A DNA stretch of 62,919 bases, filler included, from Bipalium vagum (taxonomy: Eukaryota), in NCBI GenBank assembly GCA_037834085.1. It is 3 parts of 3 records of this genome, joined end to end, with 100 filler letters (N's around TTAATTAATTAA, not from the genome) between each part and the next. Parts side by side here need not be neighbours in the genome. Positions count along the whole stretch, not along the records: positions 22,134 to 44,101 come from JBBMKC010228644.1; 2 more parts are not named here. One strand, written 5' to 3'. Made by a program: the position numbers and the translations under genes. The notes below the pieces were generated by a model. The model made no database searches. It had not been told where the DNA came from and saw only the letters and a list, made by a program, of their open reading frames with translations. Every line of letters begins with the position of its first letter. The first letter of the stretch is position 1. Positions 24,525 to 38,141 of the stretch are shown piece after piece.

Positions 24525-24708
24525 TGTCGATCAAGGAGTTCAACATTGCCTGATCCATTGTATTAATGGCATGTACGGGTTCGTCGAGAACGACTGTTCA
24601 CATCCTTCGCTGGAAGATCTTGTTAAGAAGTACAATTCGTGCTCACTGTCTCGCTACAATCCAGCATTAACAACACAGTTGATTTACCCCGTCAATTACA
24701 AGTCCTAG
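24525..24708 (+). CDS. PIK3R: PI3K regulatory subunit p85-like, last coding exon (second half of cSH2)
   Basis: caatAG acceptor, phase-2 join gives DIV-VDQGVQHCLIHCINGMYGFVE..HPSLEDLVKKYNSCSLSRYNPALTTQLIYPV, matching p85 cSH2 VVDGEVKHCVI..GYGFAE..SLKELVLHY..SL..HN..L...LAYPV; TAG at 24706-24708. Confidence 0.9.
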
Positions 24709-25018
24709 TTGTTTTGATATAGTAGTGATATATTCGTCCAGATGGAATAATTTTCATTGATGATGTCTGTGTAACTTATTCTCTCTTTATTTTGTATCAG
24801 ATTTTTATATAAATAATATTGTTGTGATTTTAATTATTTACCGTCGATTTTCTACTTTGTATACATATATATTGGAACGACAATGTAATGATTTCCTTTT
24901 TATCCTATCAGAATGTGTATTTTGTTTTAATCGATTTGAGCTGATGATTTTAAGTCTTAGAAAATTATTATATCCTTTCGTTCATGGCAGAACTGATGAA
25001 ACATATTTTTCAATACAC

Positions 25019-25024
25019 AATAAA
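25019..25024 (+). terminator. Candidate polyadenylation signal of the p85-like gene
   Basis: AATAAA ~310 nt after the stop codon; the motif is common in AT-rich DNA. Confidence 0.35.
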
Positions 25025-25844
25025 AAATCTTTATTTTGTCTAAAAATATATTCAATTAAACCACTTTCATTCTGTATTTTTTGATATTTTCTTCAGACGA
25101 CTTTTAATATGTAACATGATTTAGTCTTTTAAGAAAAGCCTATTATTTATTTTAATAAAGAAATTTTAACTTAATTTTTAAAGGGCTTTTGTGATAATTA
25201 ATAAAGTTTTAAATTATTTGATTAGTTTGGTTTCTCAGTTCCTAGCACAACCTAAGTTTAATTAGTGATATATATTGTTTTTAAATAATTCTCCAGATAA
25301 AATATTTAGGTCTTAATAATAGCTTTATAAAATATTTGGATTGAAATGCTCTGCCTATTACATAACTTCTAAAACTCAAATTTCTTTTAACAATTATCGT
25401 ATAATGAGAGTGTTAGTTATATTTGAATCATATTTCCGTCTCGTAGAACAAATCTATGAACTTATATGAGAATGTCATCTAGAACTATTTTGATTCACAT
25501 AAAAATCCAATTCTAACATACGTCGAAAAAGTTTTCGACAAAAAGTTAATTAAAGATCCAGTGAATCTCTTCGAAAGAGAATGAAACAAGACAAAAAACT
25601 TTGACAACAGTATAATTTAATACGAAAAGAATCAAGCAATTTATTGTAATTTTGGTAGTAACAATAACTAGTACAGAAGTTAAATTAAAATAATTAAAGA
25701 TAAAGAAATAAATTATATAAAAATAAATAAAATGAAATATATAAATTTTCAAGAATCAACATTTTATCTTTGTTGATAATTTTATTAAATTATTTAAAAC
25801 TTTTGGAAATATACAATCAATAAAATTTATAATTGAGATCTCAT

Positions 25845-26700
25845 GTAATGTTAAAGACTTCGAAGTTGTAATAATTTCATACTATGTACATTGAAATAAA
25901 AAGGAATTATATTTATTGGGTTTGCCAGAGGCAAGACCCACAGAGGCCAGAAGGAATCGGAGAATAATAATAGTTAATTAATAACAGTTTAAGTTTTAAA
26001 ATGTGGGTCGATAATAATAAAGAAAAAAGAATATTATTCTGAATTACATATAATAATAATTATTATTATTTCTAAAATTATTATTATTATCATAGAAAAA
26101 ATAACAATATTAATTAATCATTAAATTTATCAAGTTTCAACATGGGAAATTCCGTTAGGCCGTAACTAGGGTTGGAAGATTAATTAAGAAATATTAACCA
26201 ATTTTTGTAAATGAATAGATTTTGCGGTGCTTAGTCAATATACAGAATCAATAGTATAAGGCAGAATCCTTTGTGGACGGCCGCAAAGAAAAGATTTTTT
26301 GATTGAATACAATAGGGGATATAGTAATTTTAAATCCATTGGAAGCATTAGAATATTTGATAATAATTGAAAGCATTGGTAAAATTGTTAATTTTAAAAT
26401 CGCCAGAAGAATTATTTTTTTCAGATCTTGAGGAAAGTTTTCCTTCTTTTGATGTTTAGGATTCAACAGGATTATTCATTGAGTCCCATGGAATTTGAGA
26501 ATCAATTGGCGACTGTTCATGGCCTAGCGGTCGACCCGCGACCTATTGTTCGCTTTGGATGAGATTTTTCTAGGTAAATTTTAAAAGTTTTGTTGTGGTC
26601 AATTAAAATTCTTTTCTTTTGATTCCATTTTAATAAATCGTAACACTATTGTGTTCAGTATTAATTATTCTATTGTAGTCCCACTGTAATAAATCATTTT
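25845..26700 (+). mobile_element. Probable LTR-derived sequence
   Basis: Shares GGGTT(T)GCCAGA...GAATAATAATA with ~38178-38208 and GTAACACTATT with ~36703; boundaries uncertain. Confidence 0.4.
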
Positions 26701-27624
26701 TATTATTGTGATCGATAACAATCATTCTTTACAGTTTCTGCCTTGACTCGAAAATAGACAAACTGTCGTGATTTTTTTTTGTATTTTGTGCTGAAATAAA
26801 GTGTTACTGTGATTATTTCTGATCTATTAAATATCACGGCAGGTATGCGTCAGATTTAATTGATCATAATTTTTACATAATCATGCCGTCACATTTAATA
26901 GATTCATTTAAGGTTTAATGTGAATAATTTGATTCGTACAGTAAAGTTTATTTTGTATAAATTGTAAGCTTAAATTACCAAATTAGTATAAGTTAAAACA
27001 TGGTGCTTTTTAAATTTGATGAAGTTGAATTTCATTTTAAAAATTGAAATCTTTCAATTTCAAATACTTCAAAGTGAATAAGATTTGACATAATGTAGAT
27101 AATTCCATTTATATTCAAAAATGTGCTGGAAAATCAATGTCAGCTGTATATCCGAATAAACGAAACTTTTATTGTTATAAAAATGTAAATTTATCAAAAA
27201 CTTTTCTGATAATCTTCATTTCAAACACCCATTAATAAAATAGCTGGACAATGAAATAATACTAATACTAATGCAATTTTGTTTGAAAACCAATAATTTT
27301 TGCATTAGAAATTGTAAAGTAATTTCTTTTACTTTTTGTAAATAAAACGGAAATTAACAAATAAATAATGAAAATTAAGTAAAGAATTAGAACATCAAAA
27401 AGTATATGTCATAAAGAGAATAAACAGAATTTGAACTAATAAATATTTCGATAAATCTTGTGAAGAATTGTGATAAGTAATATGGTAATGTCTAGACAGG
27501 TTATTAGTTCATACGCAAAGCATATCAAAATAAAAAATTAAAACAAAAATAATAATAAGTCAAAGTTTGTCTGCGTATTTAGATATTTTTTCTTTTATAT
27601 TAATTTTTAAAAATCTTTTAATTA

Positions 27625-28130
27625 CACGGTGGTCATCCGAAAACCGGGAAATTAAAAAAAATTGTATTTACAACAAATATACATGAATTTCATAAATGTT
27701 CAAAATGGCTTCCTTGCGCAGCATGACATCGTCCTAATCGTGGAATCCAAGCTTCCGTTGCCTTTCGAAATACGGCTAGCGAGATGTTGTTCCAAGCTTC
27801 TAGCAAGGTGAGTTTGAGTTCATCAATTGTATTTGTATGAGAACAATTTTTCTATGTCTCTGCCAGTAACAAACTCAAAATACAATAATCCATCACATTT
27901 AGATCTGGACGTTTTGAAGACCAATGTTCAGGTTCTATGAAATCTGGAGTAACTTTTCGCAGAAAGTCAACAGTAGCCCTGGCAGTGTGAGCTTTTACCC
28001 CATCATGTTACCATGTCCATGCTTCTTCTGCCATAACATTCCTTTTCTCTGTGAACATTTGAGGACACATTTCGTCACAATAGATATTGTGATTTACCGT
28101 TTTCCTTTTCCTTCTGTAACAAGGGAAATA
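27625..28130 (-). mobile_element. maT (DD37D) transposase C-terminal fragment with TIR
   Basis: HDGVKAHTARATVDFL..WSSKRPDLNVMDY with 37 residues between the Ds; TA-CACGGTGG terminus at 27625; possible partner end near 28910-28935. Confidence 0.9.
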
Positions 28131-29737
28131 TTATATTAAAATATATTACTATTTTGAAATATTTATAAATTTATGTTTAATATGATTTTTTATTAAAATT
28201 AATTTGTTTTGTTTTTCGGTATTGTCTGAAGTAACCCTAAAATTTACGAAATACTTTTTTAAAAAAATTTTCTCTACCAGAAAAACTGTAAAGATATGTA
28301 TTGTATTACCGCAATAATTTTTTGTTTTTAATGCGAAAATTACTTTTAATATTAAAAGAAAATACGATTCTCTTTCAATAAAATATCTTCAGTATTTTGA
28401 TGATTCTCGATAATATAAATACAAATATTTTGAATTATTTATCTGCCTCCTGAACAAGAGATTCGACAGTAAAACGTGACATTTATGAAGATTTTTCACA
28501 GAATAATTTTCAATGGGAAATTTCAGTTTAATTATTGAGTAATATTATTTGGTTTCTTATTTTCTAATTTATTAATGATCCAATTATTATATGTTTATAA
28601 TTGTTAAAGCATTGTGATTTTGTCTTTTCCTTTCAGCTATTTTATCGTTTATCATATTCTCTGTTTCAGATATAAAAATTATTCAAATTGGCTTATGCTT
28701 TTTAATTTTATCAATATATTATCGAATACATCTTTGATATATTTAAACAAAATTACAAATGTAATAAATATTTATTTCAATGACAGTAAATTAAAAGAGA
28801 TTTACGAAATATTATTCGTATGTAAATGATTTTTTAAAAAACATAAAATATTTTTTCTTTTTAATGATTCTTATATATTTTAATTTTTCAATCAATTTTA
28901 AATTCACAGTTCCCGGAATTTCTGGGTCTACGTTTTATTAAGATCTTTATATTTATAACTTTTTCTAAATTTTCAGTTCTCATTTTTAATGAAGAAAAAG
29001 AAAAAAATGTTAACTTGGTCTTTTTGAATAAATAAATAATGATATTGTTTTATGTTATGAAGAAAGATATGAATTGACGTTTTGAGAAAAAGTGAATATT
29101 AATGATTCAAAGGGGTTCATTGTTTGATAAAGTAGTCTTCCAAGGATACATCAAAGGCATCGAATGTTTGAACAAAATTGTAATTTTATATTGAAAACCT
29201 GATAAAAATATGGATATATTTTGATTACATTTTTGAAAGAAATTAATTTTTTATCAAAAAAGTAATATTTTCAGTTTATTTTATTTTTCACTTTAGATCC
29301 TTTGTTTTGATAATTTATCATTACCAAAATAAAATGGAAATGTTTTCCATAAAAAGAATAATAATAATTATTAATTATAATTAATTAGAGAATTTTGAAG
29401 GTATTTTTATGTTATTTTTTTTCGCTAGTAAGTTAAATTTTTGGGTTTTTTTTTAGAAGAACAAATACATTTTTTGCAATTATTTTAGGTTTTATTTGAA
29501 CTATTAACATTTAGTCCTTAAATCACTGAGAAAAATAATTAATGTCATTATTTATTTTAATTATCATCGAAAAACCTTTCATATATTATAAAAAAACATG
29601 TAAAATTAAATAATTAATTTATTTTAAAGATTACAGTGATAATACATATTAATATTATATATAATAAATATTAAATATTATGTACTGTATTCCATAATAT
29701 ATAAAATAAAAAATATTTAATTTTTATCATTTTTGTA

Positions 29738-30770
29738 CACAGTCTGACCAAAAAATTATCCAGATTGGATTTTTTTGAAGAACTACTCTAAATAATACCC
29801 GAAAGTTCTAATTTTGGGTTTAAATATAGAAAATAGTTACTAATTTATTAAATAAAACTTATTGTATTGAAAACTTTTAGAAATTAATAATTGTAAGCAA
29901 ATATTCAAAATTTTCTATAAAAAGAATTTACCAAGAATATAATCACCAAAGATTTTTTTGTTAAAACTAATGTACAAAAATTGTGCTTGGAATAATTTAT
30001 TTATATACATAAATAATAATTATTAATAAGTAAGTAATATTTAATTATATCATGTAATTTAAATTTAGATTAACATGGGGAAAACAGCCGATCTTTCAAA
30101 TCTTGAAAAGGGACAGATAGACACCTTTAAATTAGACAATAAATGGAATGCTGAGATAGGAAGACTTGTTAACAGGGATAGAACAACTGTTATAAAGTAT
30201 TGAAGTAGATTAAAAAGGAAAATCTAAAGAAAAATTCGGGTAGGAAACATATTCTATCAGTAAAGGACAGAAGAAGGTGTATGGAATTAGCAAAAATCAA
30301 TAATTTATCAACAAGAAAGATAGCAAATGAACTTTCAACGAAAGTCAGTCGTTCAAAAATCTTAAACGAACTACAGAAATAACAATATAAAGTTTACTAA
30401 AATGGAAATTCGGCCAAAATTAAAATTACATTTACATAAACGAGTTTTATGGTCTCAAGAACATCAGACTTCGAATGTTAAAAGTGGAGCAAACTATATA
30501 TAGCGATGAAAAGAAGTTTAATCTAGATGTCCCTGATAGATTTAATTTCTATTGGGATGACGTCATATTTGTAAAAAGTACTTTTCAAAAAGGCCATTCG
30601 AGGGCTGTGGATTGCTGGTTTGGAGAGCGAGTGGATATAACAGAAACTTTTCTTTAGCAATAATTGATTGAACTCAGAATTGTTAAATAATTGACCAAAG
30701 GAAACATCTTCAAGCATTTTTCATAATCATGTGATCCTAAAGTTTAGAAATTTTTTCTGCAGGACCCAGA
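29738..30770 (+). mobile_element. Tc1/Tc3-like element, 5' part
   Basis: TA-CACAGTCTGACCAAAA terminus; ATG 30075 MGKTADLSNLEKGQI HTH; SGRKHIL; IYSDEKKFNLDVPDRFNFYW. Confidence 0.9.
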
Positions 30771-31379
30771 AATAAAATAATGATGATCTTTAGTCAGAAA
30801 ATAAAAAATACCTTTTTATATAAATAAGTCAATTAATTCTTTTTTTATTTAGACTTTTAAGAAATATTAATTTTCTCTGCTTTAGGGCCTTACTATCTTT
30901 AATATACTCACAAATAATGTAAAAAAATATTAAAAATCAAATAAATACTTTTCTTAATTCAATTAATAAAATAAAATAATTTTTATTAAAAAATTATGAA
31001 CTGAATTTATCACTTTATAAATTATGTCAAAAGATTAATTAAATTTATTTTTATGAAAATGATTGGTAGTTAAACTTTTATTATAATTAAAATTAATCTA
31101 AATTCATAATTATTTAATGTAATGAATTAAGGTTGTAAGTTTGTCAGAATAATTGAAAATATCTTAAACGAGTCTTAAAAATCATTTTTGTAACAAAAGC
31201 AATTTTTTTAATTACAAAAATTGAGAAATTTTGTTTTTAAAAAGATGTATTAATTCAAACAAATTTTTAATTATTATTAAAATAATTTAAGGGAAAGATT
31301 TTAAGTTTTATTATTTAAAATTAAAGTTACAATCAATACATTTAATATATGGCCATAGGATCTTTTTCAGATGTCCCTT

Positions 31380-32180
31380 TAAGAATATAAGAATATAATT
31401 AATATAATATCCTCTTCAATAGATGAGAAAAACAATAATAATAAAAATTTTAAAGATAGCCACTGAGAAATACATATTAAAATTAACAAATATTTGAATA
31501 AAAAGGAGAAAAAATAATGAAAAATTGAGCAGCCAAGATCGGATTATCACAAAGTTTGATAAAGAAAATGGCTAGGTAATTCTACAAAAGACCAATATTT
31601 AGAAAAAATTAATTAGCATACTCTGTTTTGATTAATTTTAATTAATATATAAAAGCAGCAATATATCAATGGTAATTAAAGACAAAACCAAATCAATAAA
31701 ATGGTTTTAAAAAGTGGATAGAAACAGGAATATAAAAGATCAAATTTTAATAAAAAGATTATTTAGTCAATTTATTATTTCAAAAACCTTTAGACCACTC
31801 AAATAATTGAGTTATGCGAAAAAGTAAAGCTAACGCAAAATAATTCAGAATAACTTTGAGAAATCTCGACAATGACGATGAATGAAGACAGTAAGTCATT
31901 TTTAATATTATGACTGATATTAACCACTGATATTATTTTAATATTATCCAGATATTAATATTCAAATAGGAGAAAGTAAAAAACACTAAATTGTCAGTGT
32001 GTTCTCTGATCAATTAAAAATAGTATTTAAAAAACTTATGCGATCATTTAAATTATAAATTAAAGTATTAAAATTTTTAATACTAATGACTGACCAAGAA
32101 CTAAAAACAAAGTTCGAAACACGTTTCACAAAAATAAATTATTTTAAAAATTTTTTAACAACCAAAAATATATTTTGTCT
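31380..32180 (+). mobile_element. Penelope-like element remnant with 3' hammerhead-like motif
   Basis: RIITKFDKENG*VIL (iI.kaDKGn.vVi); 31845-32140 homologous to 46370-46700. Confidence 0.75.
32086..32129 (+). ncRNA. Minimal hammerhead ribozyme-like motif (core mutated: CUGACCA)
   Basis: ATGA CTGACCA A GAACT-AAAAACAA-AGTTC GAA ACACGT T TCAC. Confidence 0.6.
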
Positions 32181-32469
32181 CCTTCAAAGTATACTGATCT
32201 TCATAATTTTTCAAACACCACATAATTATTTACATTCCTTTTAAATAATTTTATTTATGTATAATGTCAAGTTCAAGTGTTTTGTACATTACTTCAAAGT
32301 AATATATCTTTCATTATATTAAAAATATTAATTATTTAAATAATATAAATAAGGATTGTGTTAAAGTCTACATTTTAAATTAAAGCATAATTTTTCAAAC
32401 AGTTTATAATTAAGCATTTCCTTATATTTTGTTAAACGTTATTTAATTATTTGTTATTTGTGCATGATG

Positions 32470-33052
32470 TGTTTTCAAATTTTAGCAATTAAATGAAAAA
32501 TTTTGGTGGTAAAATACTCATGTCTTGGCTTTAAAAGAAGATGGATTAAGTTACGCTAAGATAGGAAAAATTATCAAAATAACAAGAAACTCATCAATTT
32601 GTTTATGCAGATGTGTAAAGAAGGATATCTGTAAGAAACGTGGACTAAAGTTTATAATAAGTAAACGAGAGAAGTTGAGTAAGAAAAGAGAAATAGATAG
32701 TAATGTAAATGCAAATAAATTAGAAAGTCTAAATTGGCAATACTTACAGCACAATGGTGCCCCTTGTCATCGTTCTCGGTAGGTAACAAACTGGCTGACA
32801 GCAAACCATGTTTCGGTGATAGGTCCATGGCCAGGTTACTCACCTGACTTAAATCCGACCGAGAATTACTGATGCATGCTCAAATTGAAAGTGCAGAAGC
32901 TCCATCCTTCATCTGTGGTTGATCTACAAAAGAAAATTAAACATGTATGGTTGCAAAAATTTCCTCTCGAATACTGTATTAATTTGACTGATTCAATTTC
33001 ACAACGTTTGAAGTCTGTTTACGCTGCCAAAGGTCATATGACTAAATATTGA
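32470..33052 (+). mobile_element. Internally deleted Tc1-like transposase (35-residue D-E spacing)
   Basis: HTH (LKEDGLSYAKIGK) fused to QHNGAPCHRSR..IGPWPGYSPDLNPTEN..AAKGHMTKY*. Confidence 0.9.
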
Positions 33053-34559
33053 AACCTGTGCTCAATATTCTGGTGCTTGTGTTACAAATTTTTAAAATAT
33101 ACTTTGTGGTATTTAAGATTTTTTTAATTTTATAAAGTTTTTTTAAAAATATGCTACCTTTATGGGCTACTTTATGCTACTTTAGAAATAACAGTTTTTT
33201 GTGCTCCAACATTAGCCTGAGCTTCCCATTTATAAGTCATTTACTTTTTGAACATAGCAAATAGTATATGAAATTTAATAATGTTAATTTAAAATTATAA
33301 CCCATTAAAGAGAAAATAATAAAATTCAATAAATTTGCTCAAGCTTTTGAAATATTCACTCATTTCCCGTAGAAATGCTTTAGACAATTTCTAATTACCA
33401 AATTATCTTAAGATGTCAGTTCTTCTTAAACACCGACGCACTGATGATTTTTGTTGAATATACAATTACTTATAATTAAAATTAATATTAAAAAATTCTG
33501 TTCAACTTTTCACAACCTATCGAACAGTCAGGTTTTCCAAAAGAACATTTAACAAAAGCATTTATCAAGAATTCATGAAAAATCAGTTCTTTCCTCGAGT
33601 TTTGAACTACCACAATAACATTATGCCACATAATAATACAATAGAAGATTTTTACAGATTGGTATCGTTTATGGTAATCATGAAAGATGATTCTGAGGTA
33701 TCACACGAAAAATGTTAAGAGAATATTGACGACTGAAATTCTGGTGAATATAAATAATTTTAATAATATTATCGAATTAATATTTTTCTTTAGGAAAGCT
33801 AAAAAAACTAAAATTCATTAATTTTATTTCCATATAATTCGTGAATTTACTGGCCTCGTTGTTAGGCAAAAGAACTTAGGCCAAATCAAGCAAGCTCTGG
33901 ATGATAAATTTATTTATTTATTATCTTAAAGAACACGTAATTTTTTAATTATTGAAAAACGAAATAATTGGTTATTATATTTTTAAGTATTTATCTTTCT
34001 TTTAATTTGATTTTTAATTACGTTGAAAAATCAAATTCGAGGATTAAAATAAATAAATAAAACATTTCAAATATGACATCAGAAGCATTTCAAGGTTTAT
34101 TTAAAAATATTTTCTGATTAAAATTTCTATGGCAGTATTCCCCAAAGGTTTTCTCTATGATTTCAATATTCAGTTCTGTTTGAAATGTTGAAATGTTATT
34201 TTAGTTTCGTTATTTACTTCTTTGAACTTTCCAGTGGTTAAAATGATACAATAATTTCACGATTCTATGAAATATGAATTTAATTGTTTTAATTAACTGA
34301 TTAATTGCTTTAATATTGTCCATTGTAGGTGCTCTCTGATAATTATGTTTATTTCGATGAATGTTTAGATTGGATACGCATTTTCTCAATTCACATTTCT
34401 CGTTCATATTCATTCCAGTGTGAATATAATATGAATATAATACGAGATATTCGGAAAACGTTTGGGGGTTAACTTGGATAAATTTAGAACCGATAATTTA
34501 AGTCTTTTGATATTTGAGATTTGAGATTTTTCGTTTAATATCAGAAATATTATGTTAAT

Positions 34560-35090
34560 GCAAAAGAAATTCCAGTTTTTCATCTTTCATTTTAAATGGA
34601 TGACATAGTTATAATAATATTTATTTCTGCAAATAAAAATCTGTTCTGTTTGCAATCAGGTCTTTGATGTCGCTTTAATATTGATATTTTGCTCAGAAAA
34701 TAGATGTCTGAGAAATATTCAGCAATATCTTCTTAGATGATCTGGTAAAATAATCGATTTTGATGGACCACCTAACCTTGATTTATCGAACAGAAACATG
34801 TCAGATTCGAATTCCTTGCACTAATACTATATTTAAATATCAATTTTAAATGACCAAAACATTGTTGCTGTCTCACATCATGTAAAAAATAAAAATATTG
34901 AAAGTATATTTCCTTTTTAGATTCTTTTTTTGCTCCGCATTCATCTTCAAACTTCCAAATATAAAATAATTAAAATCTTTCGGATGTTTTCACATTTTAT
35001 GAGTATGTAAAATGACCTTTCTCAAATGACCATTTCCCAAAGCACTTCGATTGACCTTCCTAATTTAATATAAAATTCCATATTTAGATG
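34560..35090 (-). mobile_element. Degenerate mariner fragments
   Basis: LFDKSRLGGP (D..RsGRP-like), LWE..FGSLK. Confidence 0.45.
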
Positions 35091-35094
35091 CCTA

Positions 35095-35998
35095 TTAGAT
35101 TGTGTCATACATTGTGTATGAAATATCCCATTTCAATAGTTCATTTTTATAAAAGTTCTACAATCTTTTATAGTTAAGTTACCAAAGTAAATTAAATTGC
35201 ACTTAGAAATCTTCATATTAAAATATTTTATATTTGCTGAAATCATCCAAAAAATATTTGGAAAATATCAGACATTTCGCACAAACTGACAGCAAAAGAA
35301 GTTCGAAGAGTAAAATTAAATGAATGGAACACCAATGTATTTAATGAAAAAATCATTAAAAGGGACTAAAATTTGCTAAAATTTAGGTCGCATCATAATA
35401 TGTGATGAAAAATGGGTTCTCTACAATAATCGAAGACATTAAGAACATATTAATCCCCGTCTTCTTCCCCGAAACCTTCTGTGAACCTAAAATAATAATG
35501 CTTACTGTCCTGTGAACCATGGCTGGTGTCAAATATTTGTACAGCTAGATCCTAGCAAGACTATCACAGCAGATATGTACTGTTCTGATCTAGAAATAAT
35601 GCACCAATCCATTAGGATATCTTCAATGGTCAACAAGAAATGAAAGATCCTACTGTATGACAATCTTTGACCACATATATGCAAAAGCGAATTGAACTAA
35701 GTATAAAAAGTCTACAGCATCCACCGTATTCCCAAAACCTGACATCAATGGATTACCATATATTTAAGCATCACCATAATTTTCTGACCAAGAAAATCGT
35801 TACAAGTTGGAAAAGTAACTTTTTTGAAAATCTTTTCTTGAAAATCAGATTTTTATTTAAATGATATTCAAAACCTGGTAACTTGTTGGGACACATGTGT
35901 GAATGCAATGGTGATTGTTTTAATTGAATCAAAAGTCATACTTGTTTCAATTTTTCCTATTAATCACGTAATTGGACATTTCATATGATATAACCTAA
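35095..35998 (+). mobile_element. mariner (cecropia subfamily-like) element with both TIRs
   Basis: TA-TTAG(A/G)TT..ATCATA..GAAAT TIR pair; RIIICDEKWVLYNN, LQHPPYSQNLTSMDYHIFKH, CWDTCV..NGDCF. Confidence 0.9.
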
Positions 35999-36314
35999 TA
36001 AATCAAACTTTTGGAAATCATTATTTTACCAATCATTTATTTCTGAATTTTCTAATTAAATTTAGTTGAATGTGATTTTTCTTCTGTTTACATCATTTTA
36101 TATTTATCATTACAGCAAATAAAATATTAATTGAGAGTACCAATTTATCAAAACAATGCAAGGAAATGCGATTGTTTAATTCAAATGTTTTATCAAATGT
36201 AATTGAAATTTGGTAAGCAGAGATTATTACTATTGTTTGGTTTGCTAAAGGCACAAACCGTGATGATTGTGGTAACAATAAAATTTTTAATTTTTGAAAA
36301 ATTACAAAAAACAA

Positions 36315-36708
36315 TATTTAAAATCTCATCGTCGAAATTTTGATAGATTAGGGTAATTTAAATTTAAATTAGGAGAGTTATATGATATAATAATAAATAA
36401 ATAAAAGTCGTGGGAATAATAAATTATTATTATTTTATCTCCACGCCAAGATAAAATTAGGATTTTTGGGCTATTGAAGGAAATAGTCGTCTCAAAGCGT
36501 AGGGATTGATGATCGTAGACCAATCTCCACGACTTTATAAAGAGATGGCTATTCCCAGAAATTTGCTCAGAACGAGTACAAAAATTTTATTGCCTTAAAG
36601 ATTATTGCCGAAGAATTTCGTTGAGGATTTGCTATTGCCGATGAATTATTGCTGATGATTCATTGCTTTCCGTAATTTTATTTTCTTTGATAAGGTATAA
36701 TAGTAACA
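36315..36708 (+). mobile_element. Solo or internally deleted LTR of the same family as 21190-21957
   Basis: Clear nucleotide similarity over the ~110-bp core and both ends; internal 14-bp ATTGCCGATGAATT-like repeats at 36603-36668. Confidence 0.7.
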
Positions 36709-37420
36709 CTATTACTGAATTATTTTTATTATTATTATTATTAAATTATTAGTTCATAATATTAAAATTTTAGAAAATTGCGTTTAGAAAACAAATAATA
36801 CAACTATAAAAAACTAAATTAAAAGATTTATCCAAAGTTTAAGGTATAAAGTCACCCAGTATATAATGAAATCCATAAAAATAGTGTATAAAGATTTTAA
36901 AGGAAAATCAAAGCTGAAAGGATAACAGGGGAAATGGGAAACGGTAATGTAAAATATTAGAGAAATAGTGAACTTGTTTTATTGAATATTGAAAACTAAA
37001 TTATTTTGTTTAAATGCAACTAATTATTCTCTTATTATTTCTTATTATTTCGACGTTGATTTTTCATTCTTTATTGTTAGACTAATAGACTGTTCGTGGC
37101 CTCGTCGAAATAATTTCAATTTTCTGATTAAAAAATTCTGTTAAATGAAAATAAATTAACGAGACATTCTGTCGAGGAAAGGGAAATAGAAAAGCCTTAT
37201 GTAAAATATCACAAGAATGACTTATTTAACAATAAATTTGCTTTTTCCCATGTGTTCTAAATTATCTTTTAAAGAAAAACAGCCTTGTTTAAATCTATAA
37301 AATATTGCCTGTCGATATTAAATAAAAAATATAAAGACAGAAAAAAATTTTGAAAAATTGTTCAATCGATTTTTCTTTATTTTCTGTAATATGATAAATT
37401 TGATTTAAAAGTCACTTTTA

Positions 37421-37582
37421 AAAATAATATCTATTTAAAACCCCTCTTTTAAAAAGGAATCGATAAAATATGTAAATGTCTTCTTATTATAGATCTGTAA
37501 ATGTGTAAAATATTAAAAATAATAAAATAATATCTATTTAAAACCCTCTTTTAAAAAGAAATCGATAAAATTTGTAAAAGTG
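37421..37582. repeat. Local tandem duplication (~58-bp unit, ~104-bp period)
   Basis: AAAATAATATCTATTTAAAACCC..TCTTTTAAAAAG..ATCGATAAAAT.TGTAAA occurs twice. Confidence 0.85.
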
Positions 37583-38141
37583 AAATATGTAAATATGTAA
37601 AATATTAAACGGGATAATTTTTAATTAAATTTCTGTCACCTACTTCACAATTGATTCCATCGATCCATGATCAACTTATAACATATATTACCTTTTGAAT
37701 TGTTTTTTAATTTTGCAATGTGAAATTAATTTAATTTCTTTTTTCAGATTTTTTATTTTTATCTAATTATTTAACCTTTCTCAAAAGGTTAAAGAAATTC
37801 ATTACAATAAAAAACGTGCCTTTACCAAAGCAATCTGCTCATTGCTGCTCACTCAACCGCTTAATTTTGCAGAACTCCGTGTTTAATTTAAAAGGTCTCA
37901 TTTAAATAAATTATTTCGATTCAATAAAAAATTATAAAAATATCAAATTCAAATAATTTGAGACTTTTTTGCATTAATAAAATTTTATTTTATTTATTTT
38001 ATTTTCAATTTCCGACTAAATAAAACTTAATTACCATTTGCGAGTAATTATGAATTTTATTATTTAAAATTATAAATTACAATAAAAATAATTATTGATT
38101 ATTATGTTTGTTTTTCAATAAAAGTATATTCAATAGAGATA

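Noticed and set aside
36603-36668. Short regularly spaced repeats resembling a CRISPR array
   Set aside because: 14-bp degenerate units without unique spacers, inside an LTR; eukaryotic context and no cas genes
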